A DNA stretch of 64,000 nt from the sequence record MN850610.1; one strand, given 5' to 3'. The notes under the pieces were generated by a model that was not told the origin of the DNA, did no database searches, and saw only the letters and a program-made list of their open reading frames with translations. Numbering within the stretch: the stretch's first letter is position 1; each line of letters starts with the position of its first letter. Origin of the DNA: Escherichia phage Andreotti. A program made the position numbers and the translations under genes. Of the stretch, positions 1 to 8,556 are shown in pieces.

Positions 1-90
1 TGCAGACCACACTCAGGTCTGGCTCTCTATAAAAACCTACCTGCACAAATCTAAAATGATTTTTCTTGCCCGACCTGAGTGTGGTCTGCA
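1..90. repeat. perfect 19-bp inverted repeat (arms 1-19 and 72-90); may extend beyond window start
   Basis: tgcagaccacactcaggtc (1-19) is the exact reverse complement of gacctgagtgtggtctgca (72-90). Confidence 0.8.
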
Positions 91-227
91 CGTTTTGAAA
101 ATGAAAAAGCTCTTTGGAGATTATCTGCACAGTTTGAAAATGAATTTTCTCTTTGGAGTTCAAAATTCTCTCTACAGATTTCTCTACAGAACTCTACCTG
201 CACAATTCTGAAATGAAAAAGCCCTCC
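41..227. repeat. four degenerate direct repeats CTGCAC-N-TTTGAAAATGAA-(AAAAGC/TTTTCT)-CTTTGGAG (approx 41-68, 86-118, 125-158, 198-227)
   Basis: read directly: ctgcacaaatctaaaatga / ctgcacgttttgaaaatgaaaaagctctttggag / ctgcacagtttgaaaatgaattttctctttggag / ctgcacaattctgaaatgaaaaagc. Confidence 0.7.
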
Positions 228-289
228 TTACCTGAAAAATTTACCAGATAAGAAAGGCTTAGGCTATTGTGAATATCCTACAGAGTTTC

Positions 290-1075
290 TTAGTTCTTTG
301 CGTCTAAGAAGGTAACTTCTGGTGAAGAGAAAACTGTCTCGATATCCTCATCAGTTCTTGCATAGATATAAGTATCTGCATCACTGCCAAATGTTACTGC
401 AATCCTGTGATTGCTCTTCGACAGGTGGGTAACTAGAGCGTTACTCAGAGACATCTTTTCAACCGGAGGGTTACTTTGATGTATCTTACCTTTTCTTCGT
501 CTGAAGAGGGTAACTGCGTTATCTGTGAACACTGCTACACCTGCAAAGTATTCTGGTTCACAGTAGTTCTTCCAACCTGAGCGTAACTTGTGGTACATCT
601 CTCCTTCGTAGACATAAAGATACACATCTACACTCTTCATCACCTGATTAATGATAACTGTGACGGCTTGAGGGTCTAGCCCACCGATACCTGCACCAAT
701 CATAGGTAAACCAACCTTCTTCAACTGGTTGACTTCACAGTATCTGTTAAGCTGCTTCAAAGATGACTCTAAAGCACTGTATCGGGCATCTTTACCAGTC
801 TTAAGCTGAGTGTAAAGGTTAGCTATACGGCCTTGTTCTAAACGTGCTACAGAGAAATTACCCAGTAAATTTTCACAGGGTTTGTGGCCTATACCACCTG
901 CATATAGATAAACTTCTGTATCGGTCTCATATGCTTTTGGGTAAAGTTTAGAAATCTTGTCAGCGATACCTGCACCCATTAAATTCATACAGTTGCAACC
1001 GTGACCGATGATGTCAAACTTACCTTTATCAAATGCGGCAAAGATATCACCATTGATTATTTTTACAATACCCAT
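290..1075 (-). CDS. macro-domain-like (ADP-ribose binding/processing) protein, N-terminal half; C-terminal half unassigned
   Basis: N-terminus IINGDIF...DIIGHGCNCMNLMGAGIADKI fits the macro-domain pattern (GDIT...N...G.GV..AI); family assignment from motif only. Confidence 0.4.
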   Translation of the reverse strand: MGIVKIINGDIFAAFDKGKFDIIGHGCNCMNLMGAGIADKISKLYPKAYETDTEVYLYAGGIGHKPCENLLGNFSVARLEQGRIANLYTQLKTGKDARYSALESSLKQLNRYCEVNQLKKVGLPMIGAGIGGLDPQAVTVIINQVMKSVDVYLYVYEGEMYHKLRSGWKNYCEPEYFAGVAVFTDNAVTLFRRRKGKIHQSNPPVEKMSLSNALVTHLSKSNHRIAVTFGSDADTYIYARTDEDIETVFSSPEVTFLDAKN

Positions 1076-1276
1076 TTAACATCTCTCCCAAGACTCTTTA
1101 TCTTCTGAAGGTTTTACACGCTGTCCTTCGTGGTCTACCCAGATGCACCCACAACCTTCACAGATTACTGGCATTGCGTAGCCAGCTTTAAAGTCATCTT
1201 CAGTGATAAGACCTTTTAAGTCACCTGTATCACGTCCGAACATTTCGATAGAACAATCTTTACAGAAGTCAGCCAT
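1076..1276 (-). CDS. small Cys-rich (zinc-binding?) protein; start moved to ATG at 1276 (MADFCKDCS...)
   Basis: CxxC...CEGCGC motifs; GAGG Shine-Dalgarno about 10 nt upstream of the internal ATG; the upstream part of the track ORF overlaps the neighbouring gene. Confidence 0.4.
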   Translation of the reverse strand: MADFCKDCSIEMFGRDTGDLKGLITEDDFKAGYAMPVICEGCGCIWVDHEGQRVKPSEDKESWERC

Positions 1277-1496
1277 GAATAATTGCCTCTTGAATGATGA
1301 TACCTTTACCACAACGACTTTTAAAGTCTTCCAATGGTTCAGAGATGAAGCCACGTAAGCAGTCAGTGAATACTAAGTTCTTCCTGTAAGCTATCACATC
1401 ATTTGCTGTAAATGGGATGACCTCATTTCGTCCAATGAACACTGCTGACCTGATAAGCTTTCGTGTCTTTTTATCTCTGGCTAGTATTACTTTCAT
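1269..1496 (-). CDS. hypothetical protein
   Basis: co-directional ORF, 8-nt overlap with downstream gene; no recognisable motif. Confidence 0.4.
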   Translation of the reverse strand: MKVILARDKKTRKLIRSAVFIGRNEVIPFTANDVIAYRKNLVFTDCLRGFISEPLEDFKSRCGKGIIIQEAIIHG

Positions 1497-1797
1497 AGTT
1501 TACCTTCTCAGTTAGCTCATATAAATCAACATGCTCAATACTATCAATGTTGATATCAATCTTTTTGAAGCGTTCTATCACTTCGTTGTCAGTCATCCAT
1601 ATCAGACACCAATGATTCTGAATGGATTCTTCAAGAAGGTCAACACAATCTTTAAAAGTTTTTGTGTCACTTCTTGTTCCGACCACTGCAATTGTTCCAT
1701 ATAGCCACTTACCATTGCCGTAAGTTACTTGTGCTACACCAACCTCTTTATCTTTCTCGTAGTAAACGGCTACAAAATCTCTTCCATTAATCTGCAT
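1471..1797 (-). CDS. hypothetical protein
   Basis: co-directional ORF in tightly packed block. Confidence 0.45.
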   Translation of the reverse strand: MQINGRDFVAVYYEKDKEVGVAQVTYGNGKWLYGTIAVVGTRSDTKTFKDCVDLLEESIQNHWCLIWMTDNEVIERFKKIDINIDSIEHVDLYELTEKVNYESNTSQR

Positions 1798-1799
1798 AG

Positions 1800-2069
1800 T
1801 TACTTCCTCGTTTTAAGAACTGCTAAGATTTCTTTAGAGTCTGGTAAGAACCATGTGTAGTGATTCTCTTTGATTTCTGGATGAGTGTCAACCTTTATTT
1901 TGCACTCTTTACCAACATGCTTAAGCTGTGCTGTGACACCTTGCATAAAGATATGACACATCACATTATCCATAATGGTTGGTAAGAAGTCAATTCGCAT
2001 ATAAGTTTCTTTTGGTCGTGGTAACAGTAAGTAACCTTCTACATAGAAAGTGTCTTGATTCTCTGTCAT
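1800..2069 (-). CDS. hypothetical protein
   Basis: co-directional ORF, 2-nt gap to upstream gene. Confidence 0.45.
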   Translation of the reverse strand: MTENQDTFYVEGYLLLPRPKETYMRIDFLPTIMDNVMCHIFMQGVTAQLKHVGKECKIKVDTHPEIKENHYTWFLPDSKEILAVLKTRK

Positions 2070-2335
2070 TGCTGCTTATTCCCTAATAAAATCATGTCAA
2101 TAAGGTTATTAGCTTTAATTGTACACTGGTAAAAGCCGTCACGGTAGAACTCAAGTGCTTCTGCTACATCACTGCCTGTGTTGCCTTTGATGATATACCG
2201 TGACTCTTCTTGAGTGTACTTATCACTCTCACTTACTTGGGAGTTTTTGAATGTACTGTTCACTTTGTTCGTTGAACACCCTGACATAGTTATCAGTAAC
2301 ACAAACATTATAAAACTCTGGCTTAGTTTTTTCAT
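2066..2335 (-). CDS. o-spanin candidate (outer-membrane lipoprotein), overlapping the 3' end of the upstream gene
   Basis: N-terminal signal MKKLSQSFIMFVLLITMSGC with lipobox-like MSGC; start lies inside 2229-2576 in another frame, the classic overlapped Rz/Rz1 arrangement. Confidence 0.4.
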   Translation of the reverse strand: MKKLSQSFIMFVLLITMSGCSTNKVNSTFKNSQVSESDKYTQEESRYIIKGNTGSDVAEALEFYRDGFYQCTIKANNLIDMILLGNKQQ

Positions 2336-2576
2336 ATGTTAGTACCTCTTTTGTATGCTTATTCTTAGCAAGCACATCTTTCAAATCATTTTTGTAATTG
2401 GTGCTCAGTGTGACTAATCCTTCCTGATAAGCATCTTTAGCAACACTTATGAGCTTTTGATTGTTTAGCTCAGTTTCAGCAACTTGATAGTCTCTGTAAG
2501 AGTATCCTCCCCAGACACCTGCACCAACTAAGAAAACAATTATGAAAGTAGCTTGACAGAACTCTTTAAATGTCAT
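2229..2576 (-). CDS. i-spanin candidate (N-terminal TM anchor plus periplasmic helical domain)
   Basis: hydrophobic segment ATFIIVFLVGAGVWGGY then charged helical region; overlapped by lipoprotein ORF. Confidence 0.4.
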   Translation of the reverse strand: MTFKEFCQATFIIVFLVGAGVWGGYSYRDYQVAETELNNQKLISVAKDAYQEGLVTLSTNYKNDLKDVLAKNKHTKEVLTYEKTKPEFYNVCVTDNYVRVFNEQSEQYIQKLPSK

Positions 2577-2595
2577 TTAACAATCTCCTGAAATG

Positions 2596-2616
2596 AAAAA
2601 GGCTCCCGAAGGAGCC
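2596..2616 (-). terminator. intrinsic terminator (hairpin ggctcc-cgaa-ggagcc followed by U-run on minus-strand transcript)
   Basis: plus strand shows A5 then GC hairpin; downstream of gene ending at 2629. Confidence 0.55.
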
Positions 2617-2628
2617 TGTATCTTAACC

Positions 2629-3093
2629 TTAACCGAGGACTTTAGCAAGGATATTTGCAGCCATCGAAGAAGCTTTTGCAGCAGCAACTACGCCAGCTTT
2701 GACAGTGCTATCCTTGATAGCAGATACCGTTGCAGCATCAGTAAAGAGATAAGTAGTTGTTTTAGAACCACTTGTAAAGGAAAGCATAAGAGCAGTTTCC
2801 AGATTGAAAGAGCGATACGGAGCACCTTCTTTAACGATACCTTCAGCACCTAATTCTGAAGCCATCCCCATATCATAGATAGTCATCAGGTTTTCTTTGT
2901 GTGCTGTGGTTGAGCCAGAACCTTTTACGTGTTTCTTAACATTCAAAAGAGCACGATACTCTCGGATGTTACCGTCTGCTTTTACGTTGACAGCACGGAA
3001 AATTTTACCCTCAAAGTTGCTCTTGATAATGTTACGAACTACTTCAGATTTGTTTGCCGTAACGTCCAGTGCTACCGTAATGATATTGTTCAT
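2629..3093 (-). CDS. hypothetical protein
   Basis: co-directional ORF; no recognisable motif. Confidence 0.5.
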   Translation of the reverse strand: MNNIITVALDVTANKSEVVRNIIKSNFEGKIFRAVNVKADGNIREYRALLNVKKHVKGSGSTTAHKENLMTIYDMGMASELGAEGIVKEGAPYRSFNLETALMLSFTSGSKTTTYLFTDAATVSAIKDSTVKAGVVAAAKASSMAANILAKVLG

Positions 3094-3103
3094 AAGTTTT
3101 CTC

Positions 3104-3799
3104 TCAATGTTTAACTAACATGGTTTTGATGTGTGGAAGTATTCTGTTCACCTTCTGCACATTCTTCTCTGTGTCTTCTATAAAACATACTATATTAAAG
3201 TAAGGCAGAATGCAAGACTGAATCATCCTCACTTTCAAACTTTCTGCACTTATAGAGTTAGTCCCAAAACCACGCATAAAAAGCATGTAGTCATGCTCTG
3301 TGTTATGCCTTAAAAACATCTCAGTAGGTATTCTCTGAGATTCACCTCTCGCTGTCAAGAGTCCAATGGCAGCATGACTAGCAATTGCATCAATAATACT
3401 AAAGACATACGTTGGTTTTGCTCTTACAGAGTCAAGAAGATTAGTGTACTGTGAGAATGACCCATCAGTCAATTCCGTTGAGCAATCTTCGTGATTAAAA
3501 TTTGTAAGAACACCATCAATATCTGCTAAGATGAGGTTACCTTTTTCTACAAGGTCTTTATTGACTATGACTAAACTGTCACGTCTTACACCTATAGATT
3601 GTCCGGTCTCTTTGTCCACAACGTTCACAATTGGCTCTGATGTGTGAAACTCTTCAAGTGAACATACAACTTCTCTTGCAGTGTCTTCAAAATCCCTACA
3701 CTGTTCTGGAGTCCATACACAGGAATCAAGACCTAACTCATGAGGATGTAAGTCATAAGCATGGCACAGTACTTCATCAGACTTTTTTAATTTTTTCAT
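3104..3799 (-). CDS. HAD-superfamily phosphatase, possibly 5'(3')-deoxyribonucleotidase-like
   Basis: LILADIDGVLTNF resembles the DxDGVLxDF motif I of HAD/NT5C enzymes; motif sits about 90 aa from the N-terminus, so assignment is tentative. Confidence 0.35.
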   Translation of the reverse strand: MKKLKKSDEVLCHAYDLHPHELGLDSCVWTPEQCRDFEDTAREVVCSLEEFHTSEPIVNVVDKETGQSIGVRRDSLVIVNKDLVEKGNLILADIDGVLTNFNHEDCSTELTDGSFSQYTNLLDSVRAKPTYVFSIIDAIASHAAIGLLTARGESQRIPTEMFLRHNTEHDYMLFMRGFGTNSISAESLKVRMIQSCILPYFNIVCFIEDTEKNVQKVNRILPHIKTMLVKH

Positions 3800-4325
3800 G
3801 GTTTACCTTAGAAATGTTTATTGCAAATTCACATTGAGCGATGACTTTCATATTGTTATAGACATCTTGAGAGTATTTCTTAGCTTTAGGAATTTTGTAC
3901 GAATACCCAGCATTATATGATGCTAAAACTTTTTGTAAAGTCTTCTTTGACTTTGGCTGACCATGCACCTTTGTCCAAAACTCAAGCTCTTTGTGCGTTT
4001 CCTTCGCAGCATAGTCAAAGTCTTTTAAGAGTTTCTTTTTAGCCACATTAGGACTAATTTTGTTACGCTTTACAACAGTCTTCAAGTGATTCTGGAAAAT
4101 ACCATAATCATGTGTCTTTTTATTCTCTACCTTCAGACCTAACTCTGACTCTTGTAAGGCTATAGCAGCTAGAGTGATACCCCAACCTTTACCCATGTTA
4201 TTCTCACCATACTGGTAAGCTTTTAACATGTTTACTTTTTGGCTAATTGATAGCTCTGGGCAGTCAACTGCATAAGATAAGTGTGCTGTAAACATTAAGC
4301 ACAAACCTAGAATCAATTTCTTCAT
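3777..4325 (-). CDS. soluble lytic transglycosylase (SLT domain) with N-terminal signal peptide; endolysin candidate
   Basis: signal MKKLILGLCLMFTAHLSYA; SLT motifs AIALQESELG (catalytic Glu), GIFQ, SYNAGY. Confidence 0.65.
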   Translation of the reverse strand: MKKLILGLCLMFTAHLSYAVDCPELSISQKVNMLKAYQYGENNMGKGWGITLAAIALQESELGLKVENKKTHDYGIFQNHLKTVVKRNKISPNVAKKKLLKDFDYAAKETHKELEFWTKVHGQPKSKKTLQKVLASYNAGYSYKIPKAKKYSQDVYNNMKVIAQCEFAINISKVNHEKIKKV

Positions 4326-4384
4326 TGGTTCTCCTGTTTAGTTTATCGTGACAACAATTATACAGTACTCTGCACAAAACACAA

Positions 4385-4412
4385 ATAAAAAAGGCCGCCG
4401 AAGCAGCCTTTT
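4385..4412. terminator. GC hairpin flanked by A-run and T-run (bidirectional terminator-like)
   Basis: aaaaaaggccgccgaagcagcctttt between convergent-like gap after gene ending 4426. Confidence 0.4.
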
Positions 4413-4425
4413 AAGAAATTACTTA

Positions 4426-5535
4426 TTAGCTTTCACGTTTACGTTGGGAGATAAGTTCTCCAGCAGTACCAACGATGACATGTAAAGCTTCAGTCTTGCC
4501 ATCCCATGCTTTCAGCACTTTACGTTGATTATCAACGATTGCTGCAACTTCATAACGAGACGAGCGCATCTTCATATCGTTGTAATCAGTTGGTACGGAT
4601 ACAACGTCTCGTGGATGGACACGAACCTTCAGAATTGTATCACCTGAGAAACAACGAACATAATCCCAAGCACCAACATGAAGACCTTGAGAGCAAGTCA
4701 CGTTACGGTTATTATCAACCATCCAACGTGGCATTTCTACAATGTTACCCAAATCATTAGGTACTCTGTAGGTGTGGGAGTCAACCAGCTTGCCTTCACG
4801 AGTAGATACTTTCTTCCAACCAATGATGTAGCCTTCTTCATCAATTTCAACATCAAGGTGAGATACGAAGCCCCAAAGTTGTTCTACGGAATCTTTAGAT
4901 GGGTTTTCCATCAGTTTTTCGAAGAACATCACAAGGCGTTCGAAACCTTTATCTCCAGTCTTCATCATGTGAAGAATACGGTCAACCAGAGTAGAACGCA
5001 TCTCAACAGCACCATAGAATAGTTTGTCGCCTTTGATTGTGATAGCACCCTGAGTGAAGTTTTCGATAGACTTACGAATGTTCATCAGTTCAAAGGCTTT
5101 CTTAAACTCACCTTTCACAACATGAACTACAATCTCTTGATAGTTCGGATGAGTAGATTCAACAATTTCAGACTCTGAACCGTAAGTCATAATTACAGAG
5201 TCACCAGTAATCATGTACTCAATCTTGTCATCTTTCTGCATAGCTTCATGCAGTTTATTTACTGGAGCTTTCTGTACAGCATCTTTAACAACCTTTTCAA
5301 CTGGTTTGTCAGCTTTCTTTTTAAAGGTCTTAGCAACTTGCTTCAAAGTCTTCGTAGCTGGTGTAGAAGTCACCTTCTTATTCCCTTTTAAGGTTGCTTC
5401 ATGACGCTCTACAGCACGACCGACTGAACGGGTTGAGGTGTTAAATTTCTGTGCAATAGCGGTTTTAGTCAGCTTGCCCTCTTTAACCAGTTTGTAAATT
5501 TCTGCGTCAATCTGTGCTTTAGTTTTAGTAGTCAT
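4426..5535 (-). CDS. rIIB: rIIB-like protein
   Basis: immediately downstream of the rIIA-like gene in the same orientation and of comparable size to T4 rIIB; no motif verified. Confidence 0.45.
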   Translation of the reverse strand: MTTKTKAQIDAEIYKLVKEGKLTKTAIAQKFNTSTRSVGRAVERHEATLKGNKKVTSTPATKTLKQVAKTFKKKADKPVEKVVKDAVQKAPVNKLHEAMQKDDKIEYMITGDSVIMTYGSESEIVESTHPNYQEIVVHVVKGEFKKAFELMNIRKSIENFTQGAITIKGDKLFYGAVEMRSTLVDRILHMMKTGDKGFERLVMFFEKLMENPSKDSVEQLWGFVSHLDVEIDEEGYIIGWKKVSTREGKLVDSHTYRVPNDLGNIVEMPRWMVDNNRNVTCSQGLHVGAWDYVRCFSGDTILKVRVHPRDVVSVPTDYNDMKMRSSRYEVAAIVDNQRKVLKAWDGKTEALHVIVGTAGELISQRKRES

Positions 5536-5584
5536 CTTATTACTCTCTCTTGTTAGTTAATAAATCATTTTGTGATGCCATTTT

Positions 5585-5604
5585 AAGGGGCTTCAAAGCC
5601 CCTT
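5585..5604 (-). promoter_or_regulatory. conserved intercistronic stem-loop AAGGGGCT-N4-AGCCCCTT upstream of the rIIB-like start
   Basis: perfect inverted repeat, no U-run; the same hairpin family recurs at 10359-10374 and 45042-45059. Confidence 0.45.
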
Positions 5605-5614
5605 GTCAAACACT

Positions 5615-7981
5615 TTAATCGTAAATTGTAGTCCCTTCTGGAACACATTTTACATCAAAGCCTAAGAACTTACTCACTTCGATGGGTGACACTTTATTCC
5701 AATCCAAATGAGAAAGCAAGAAGTTTTCTTGTTTTCTTTTTGAAAGGTAGTTTGTCACCTTAATGACCATACGGTCACCAGCTTTCTTAATTTTCTTGTA
5801 AAGCTTTGTATCATTGTCAAGACAGTCTTTCAAAGTTTTCAATACACTAACAGTATAAGTGTATGCAAATGGTGCAGCAACGTATTGGATTTTACCGAAC
5901 ATTGCCTCTACAGCCTCTTCATTACCTTCTAAGAAGATAGTTTTGTTTGTGTCTCGTGAATAGCAATAGCCACGAGAAATCTTCCTGTTATTGAACGTAA
6001 AGTTTCTGGCAATAATCCAACTGCTTGTAAGGTCAAGGACACCATTCATATAGATACGTGTCATATACCTGTTATGATTAATCCAATGAACATCAGTTAA
6101 GCTGTCGTTCAAGAGTTTCTCATCTACTTCAATCCAGTCTTCTGGTATCTTTTTCCAATTTGCTTTTCGGAAAATATAGACTGTCTTCCCTGTAACATTA
6201 GCAACTGACTTGGCTACATCTTCTGGAGATGAGCAAAAACATTCGCCATCAACTGTATCACCAACTGCCTTAATGTAAAGCTGAGGTTCTTCAATTGTAT
6301 CGAAGTCCTCTGAAACCTCTTTATAGGAAGCTACACCTTCTGCTGGAACAGCTTTCCAGAGTTTTACAACACCCCTTACAGCTTCTTTGCGCTGGTAATG
6401 GTGCTCCTTATCAGACATTTTCACAATCTTTAACAAGCTTTTATCAAGTTTGTGTAGATTGATTAGGTCGTCTAACTCTTTTTCAGTCGAGAATACAAAC
6501 ACAATACCATTATATCTGTGAAACAGACTTGACTCACTGGCGTAGTCTCGACATGCACCACGCAGAATCTGATTGCGGCCTACAGTCTTTTCAGTACCGT
6601 TTTTATTGCGACGGTCATTAATCACGAACAAAAACTGTTCAATTTGGCTTTTACGCATTGCACCAAAGATATTGAACATGCTCGCCTCTTGAGTGTAGGA
6701 AAGTGCTGTTGCACGAATCTTACTCTCTAAAGAGTTGAACTTAACATAAGCAACTGGATTGTATAGGTAGTCCACTTTAGGAATGTTGTTTCCTTTACTG
6801 TCAACCTTAATATTACCTTTGCCGTCACGTTCATAGATGACTGAGCCGTCCTCTGCGTAGATAATTCCACGACGAATGTTTAGTAATTCTTCTTCCAGAG
6901 AATCAAGCTTAACACCTCCCCACTCTAGCTTTGGACACACAACATTAAACATCTCTCGTGAGTTCAAGCGTAACTCAGCATAAGCCTGTGCAGCATCCAT
7001 GAGTGTAGGTTGACTATTAACTTTCTTGATAACATCCTTTGTAATTGCTTCAGTTATCTTTTTAGTAGCCTCGATGATAACATTTTTTGTCGTGTCATTC
7101 ATCTGCAATGCTTCACGAGAAGCTGCAATAGCAACTGAACCAATAGGCATGTAGATGTTTACAAGGTCTATGCTCCTGCGGAAAAATTCTGGTAATACTT
7201 TGAAGAAATCATCACCAAGTAATGCCTCCATATTAACTGGGTAGGCAATATTACCCATAACCACGTTAAACTCTGTTCTATTGCTGCTTGAACGCCAGCT
7301 ATGCTTATGAGTCATGGCATCATAGACACCTTCTTCACGAGCAATCACATCCATATCTGCTAATATATCATTATACTCCACATTACTCTCTGGTTTTACA
7401 GCAAAGTATGAGTATACATTACCAGCCTCTTCAAAGAACTTTGAAATACGGTGGTCAGCAACTGCCACACGTACAGCTAAACCATTAGGTTCATTTGTTT
7501 GGTTAGTAGTAAGCTTAGTTACTTGAGGGATACCATTCTCAAGGTAAACAGAGTACTTATTAACAACACCATCAACATAGCTAGATACTGTGAATGACTG
7601 AGCAATTGCAAACGGTGACTTTGAGCCGATACCCATTGCACCAATGTAGTCATTAGAGTCATTCTTCGTAGAAGCCCCGTAGTTCAGATACAAGCTCATT
7701 ACTTTGTCATGGGTTAAACCAGTTCCAAAGTCACGGACTTCAAAGTAAGGCTCAAATCGAGTAGGCAAATGCACATGGAACGGGATGTTTTCTTTTCCAG
7801 CTTCTTTCTGAGCATCTACTGCGTTACATGACAGTTCACGAATCACTGCTCGCTCTTTAAACGTGTATACACCAGAACTCAAAAGGCTGAACATTTCAGG
7901 TGTCATTGTAATTTGTGCTTGAGATGTCTCCAAAGAAGTTGAACTCTTAATCACTTCTGCGTGGTCGTTTACCATGCGCAT
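5615..7981 (-). CDS. rIIA: rIIA-like protein with N-terminal GHKL-type ATPase fold
   Basis: N-terminal motifs RELSCNAVDA (N-box), VRDFGTGL (G1), GAMGIGSKSPF (G2), matching the pattern remembered for T4 rIIA; about 790 aa. Confidence 0.6.
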   Translation of the reverse strand: MRMVNDHAEVIKSSTSLETSQAQITMTPEMFSLLSSGVYTFKERAVIRELSCNAVDAQKEAGKENIPFHVHLPTRFEPYFEVRDFGTGLTHDKVMSLYLNYGASTKNDSNDYIGAMGIGSKSPFAIAQSFTVSSYVDGVVNKYSVYLENGIPQVTKLTTNQTNEPNGLAVRVAVADHRISKFFEEAGNVYSYFAVKPESNVEYNDILADMDVIAREEGVYDAMTHKHSWRSSSNRTEFNVVMGNIAYPVNMEALLGDDFFKVLPEFFRRSIDLVNIYMPIGSVAIAASREALQMNDTTKNVIIEATKKITEAITKDVIKKVNSQPTLMDAAQAYAELRLNSREMFNVVCPKLEWGGVKLDSLEEELLNIRRGIIYAEDGSVIYERDGKGNIKVDSKGNNIPKVDYLYNPVAYVKFNSLESKIRATALSYTQEASMFNIFGAMRKSQIEQFLFVINDRRNKNGTEKTVGRNQILRGACRDYASESSLFHRYNGIVFVFSTEKELDDLINLHKLDKSLLKIVKMSDKEHHYQRKEAVRGVVKLWKAVPAEGVASYKEVSEDFDTIEEPQLYIKAVGDTVDGECFCSSPEDVAKSVANVTGKTVYIFRKANWKKIPEDWIEVDEKLLNDSLTDVHWINHNRYMTRIYMNGVLDLTSSWIIARNFTFNNRKISRGYCYSRDTNKTIFLEGNEEAVEAMFGKIQYVAAPFAYTYTVSVLKTLKDCLDNDTKLYKKIKKAGDRMVIKVTNYLSKRKQENFLLSHLDWNKVSPIEVSKFLGFDVKCVPEGTTIYD

Positions 7982-8009
7982 AATACTTTCCTCTCAGTTT
8001 ACTGTTAAA

Positions 8010-8186
8010 TTACTTATTAAACATTTTACCAGAACCACCACACATAGGGCAACATCCTGCCCTTATGTACCCCTCTCCATTACAGTAGTCACATTTTTTG
8101 TGCTCTGCAAAGTACTTACAAAGGAGGTAAACAAATACTGCTACACTACCAAGTGACAGTAAAATTTCTATCCAATATGCTTGCAT
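8010..8186 (-). CDS. small membrane-anchored protein with DnaJ-type zinc finger (58 aa, not in ORF track)
   Basis: hand-translated MQAYWIEILLSLGSVAVFVYLLCKYFAEHKKCDYCNGEGYIRAGCCPMCGGSGKMFNK; two CxxCxGxG repeats; GAGAGGTGA Shine-Dalgarno upstream. Confidence 0.35.
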   Translation of the reverse strand: MQAYWIEILLSLGSVAVFVYLLCKYFAEHKKCDYCNGEGYIRAGCCPMCGGSGKMFNK

Positions 8187-8503
8187 GACTCACCTCTCAT
8201 ATTTTTGTAAAGGATAAAGCTTCTGTCATGGACAATACTTGTAGACACTGCAAAGTTACTTTCAAGCATCTGTTTGTTTGGATTGTAGAAGCTTTCTTTA
8301 AACTCGTCAAGTGCAAATTGGTGATTGTCTGGAAGACCTTTTACACAGACTTTTATTGTGATTGCTGCTGCAATCTTACCAGTCAGTTCTTCTTTAGCTG
8401 CTACTAAAATTTTGTTAAGGAACTTTTTACCATCTTCAGGTTTCTTAATGTTCTCCCAACGTTCTTCTAGGACAACGTTAATGTTCATTTCTTTGATTTT
8501 CAT
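8168..8503 (-). CDS. hypothetical protein
   Basis: co-directional ORF; no recognisable motif. Confidence 0.5.
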   Translation of the reverse strand: MKIKEMNINVVLEERWENIKKPEDGKKFLNKILVAAKEELTGKIAAAITIKVCVKGLPDNHQFALDEFKESFYNPNKQMLESNFAVSTSIVHDRSFILYKNMRGESCKHIG

Positions 8504-8518
8504 AATCTTCTCCAGAAA

Positions 8519-8543
8519 TTAAAAAGGCTCCCGTAGGAGCCTC
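8519..8543 (-). terminator. intrinsic terminator (ggctcc-cgta-ggagcc plus U-run on minus transcript)
   Basis: A-run then GC hairpin on plus strand, just downstream of gene ending at 8557. Confidence 0.55.
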
Positions 8544-8556
8544 TTATCATATACTT

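Noticed and set aside
101-220. 39-aa ORF (MKKLFGDYLHSLKMNFLFGVQNSLYRFLYRTLPAQF) running through the direct repeats at the window start
   Set aside because: Its sequence is dictated by the repeat units themselves and it lacks a convincing Shine-Dalgarno; more likely a by-product of the repeats.
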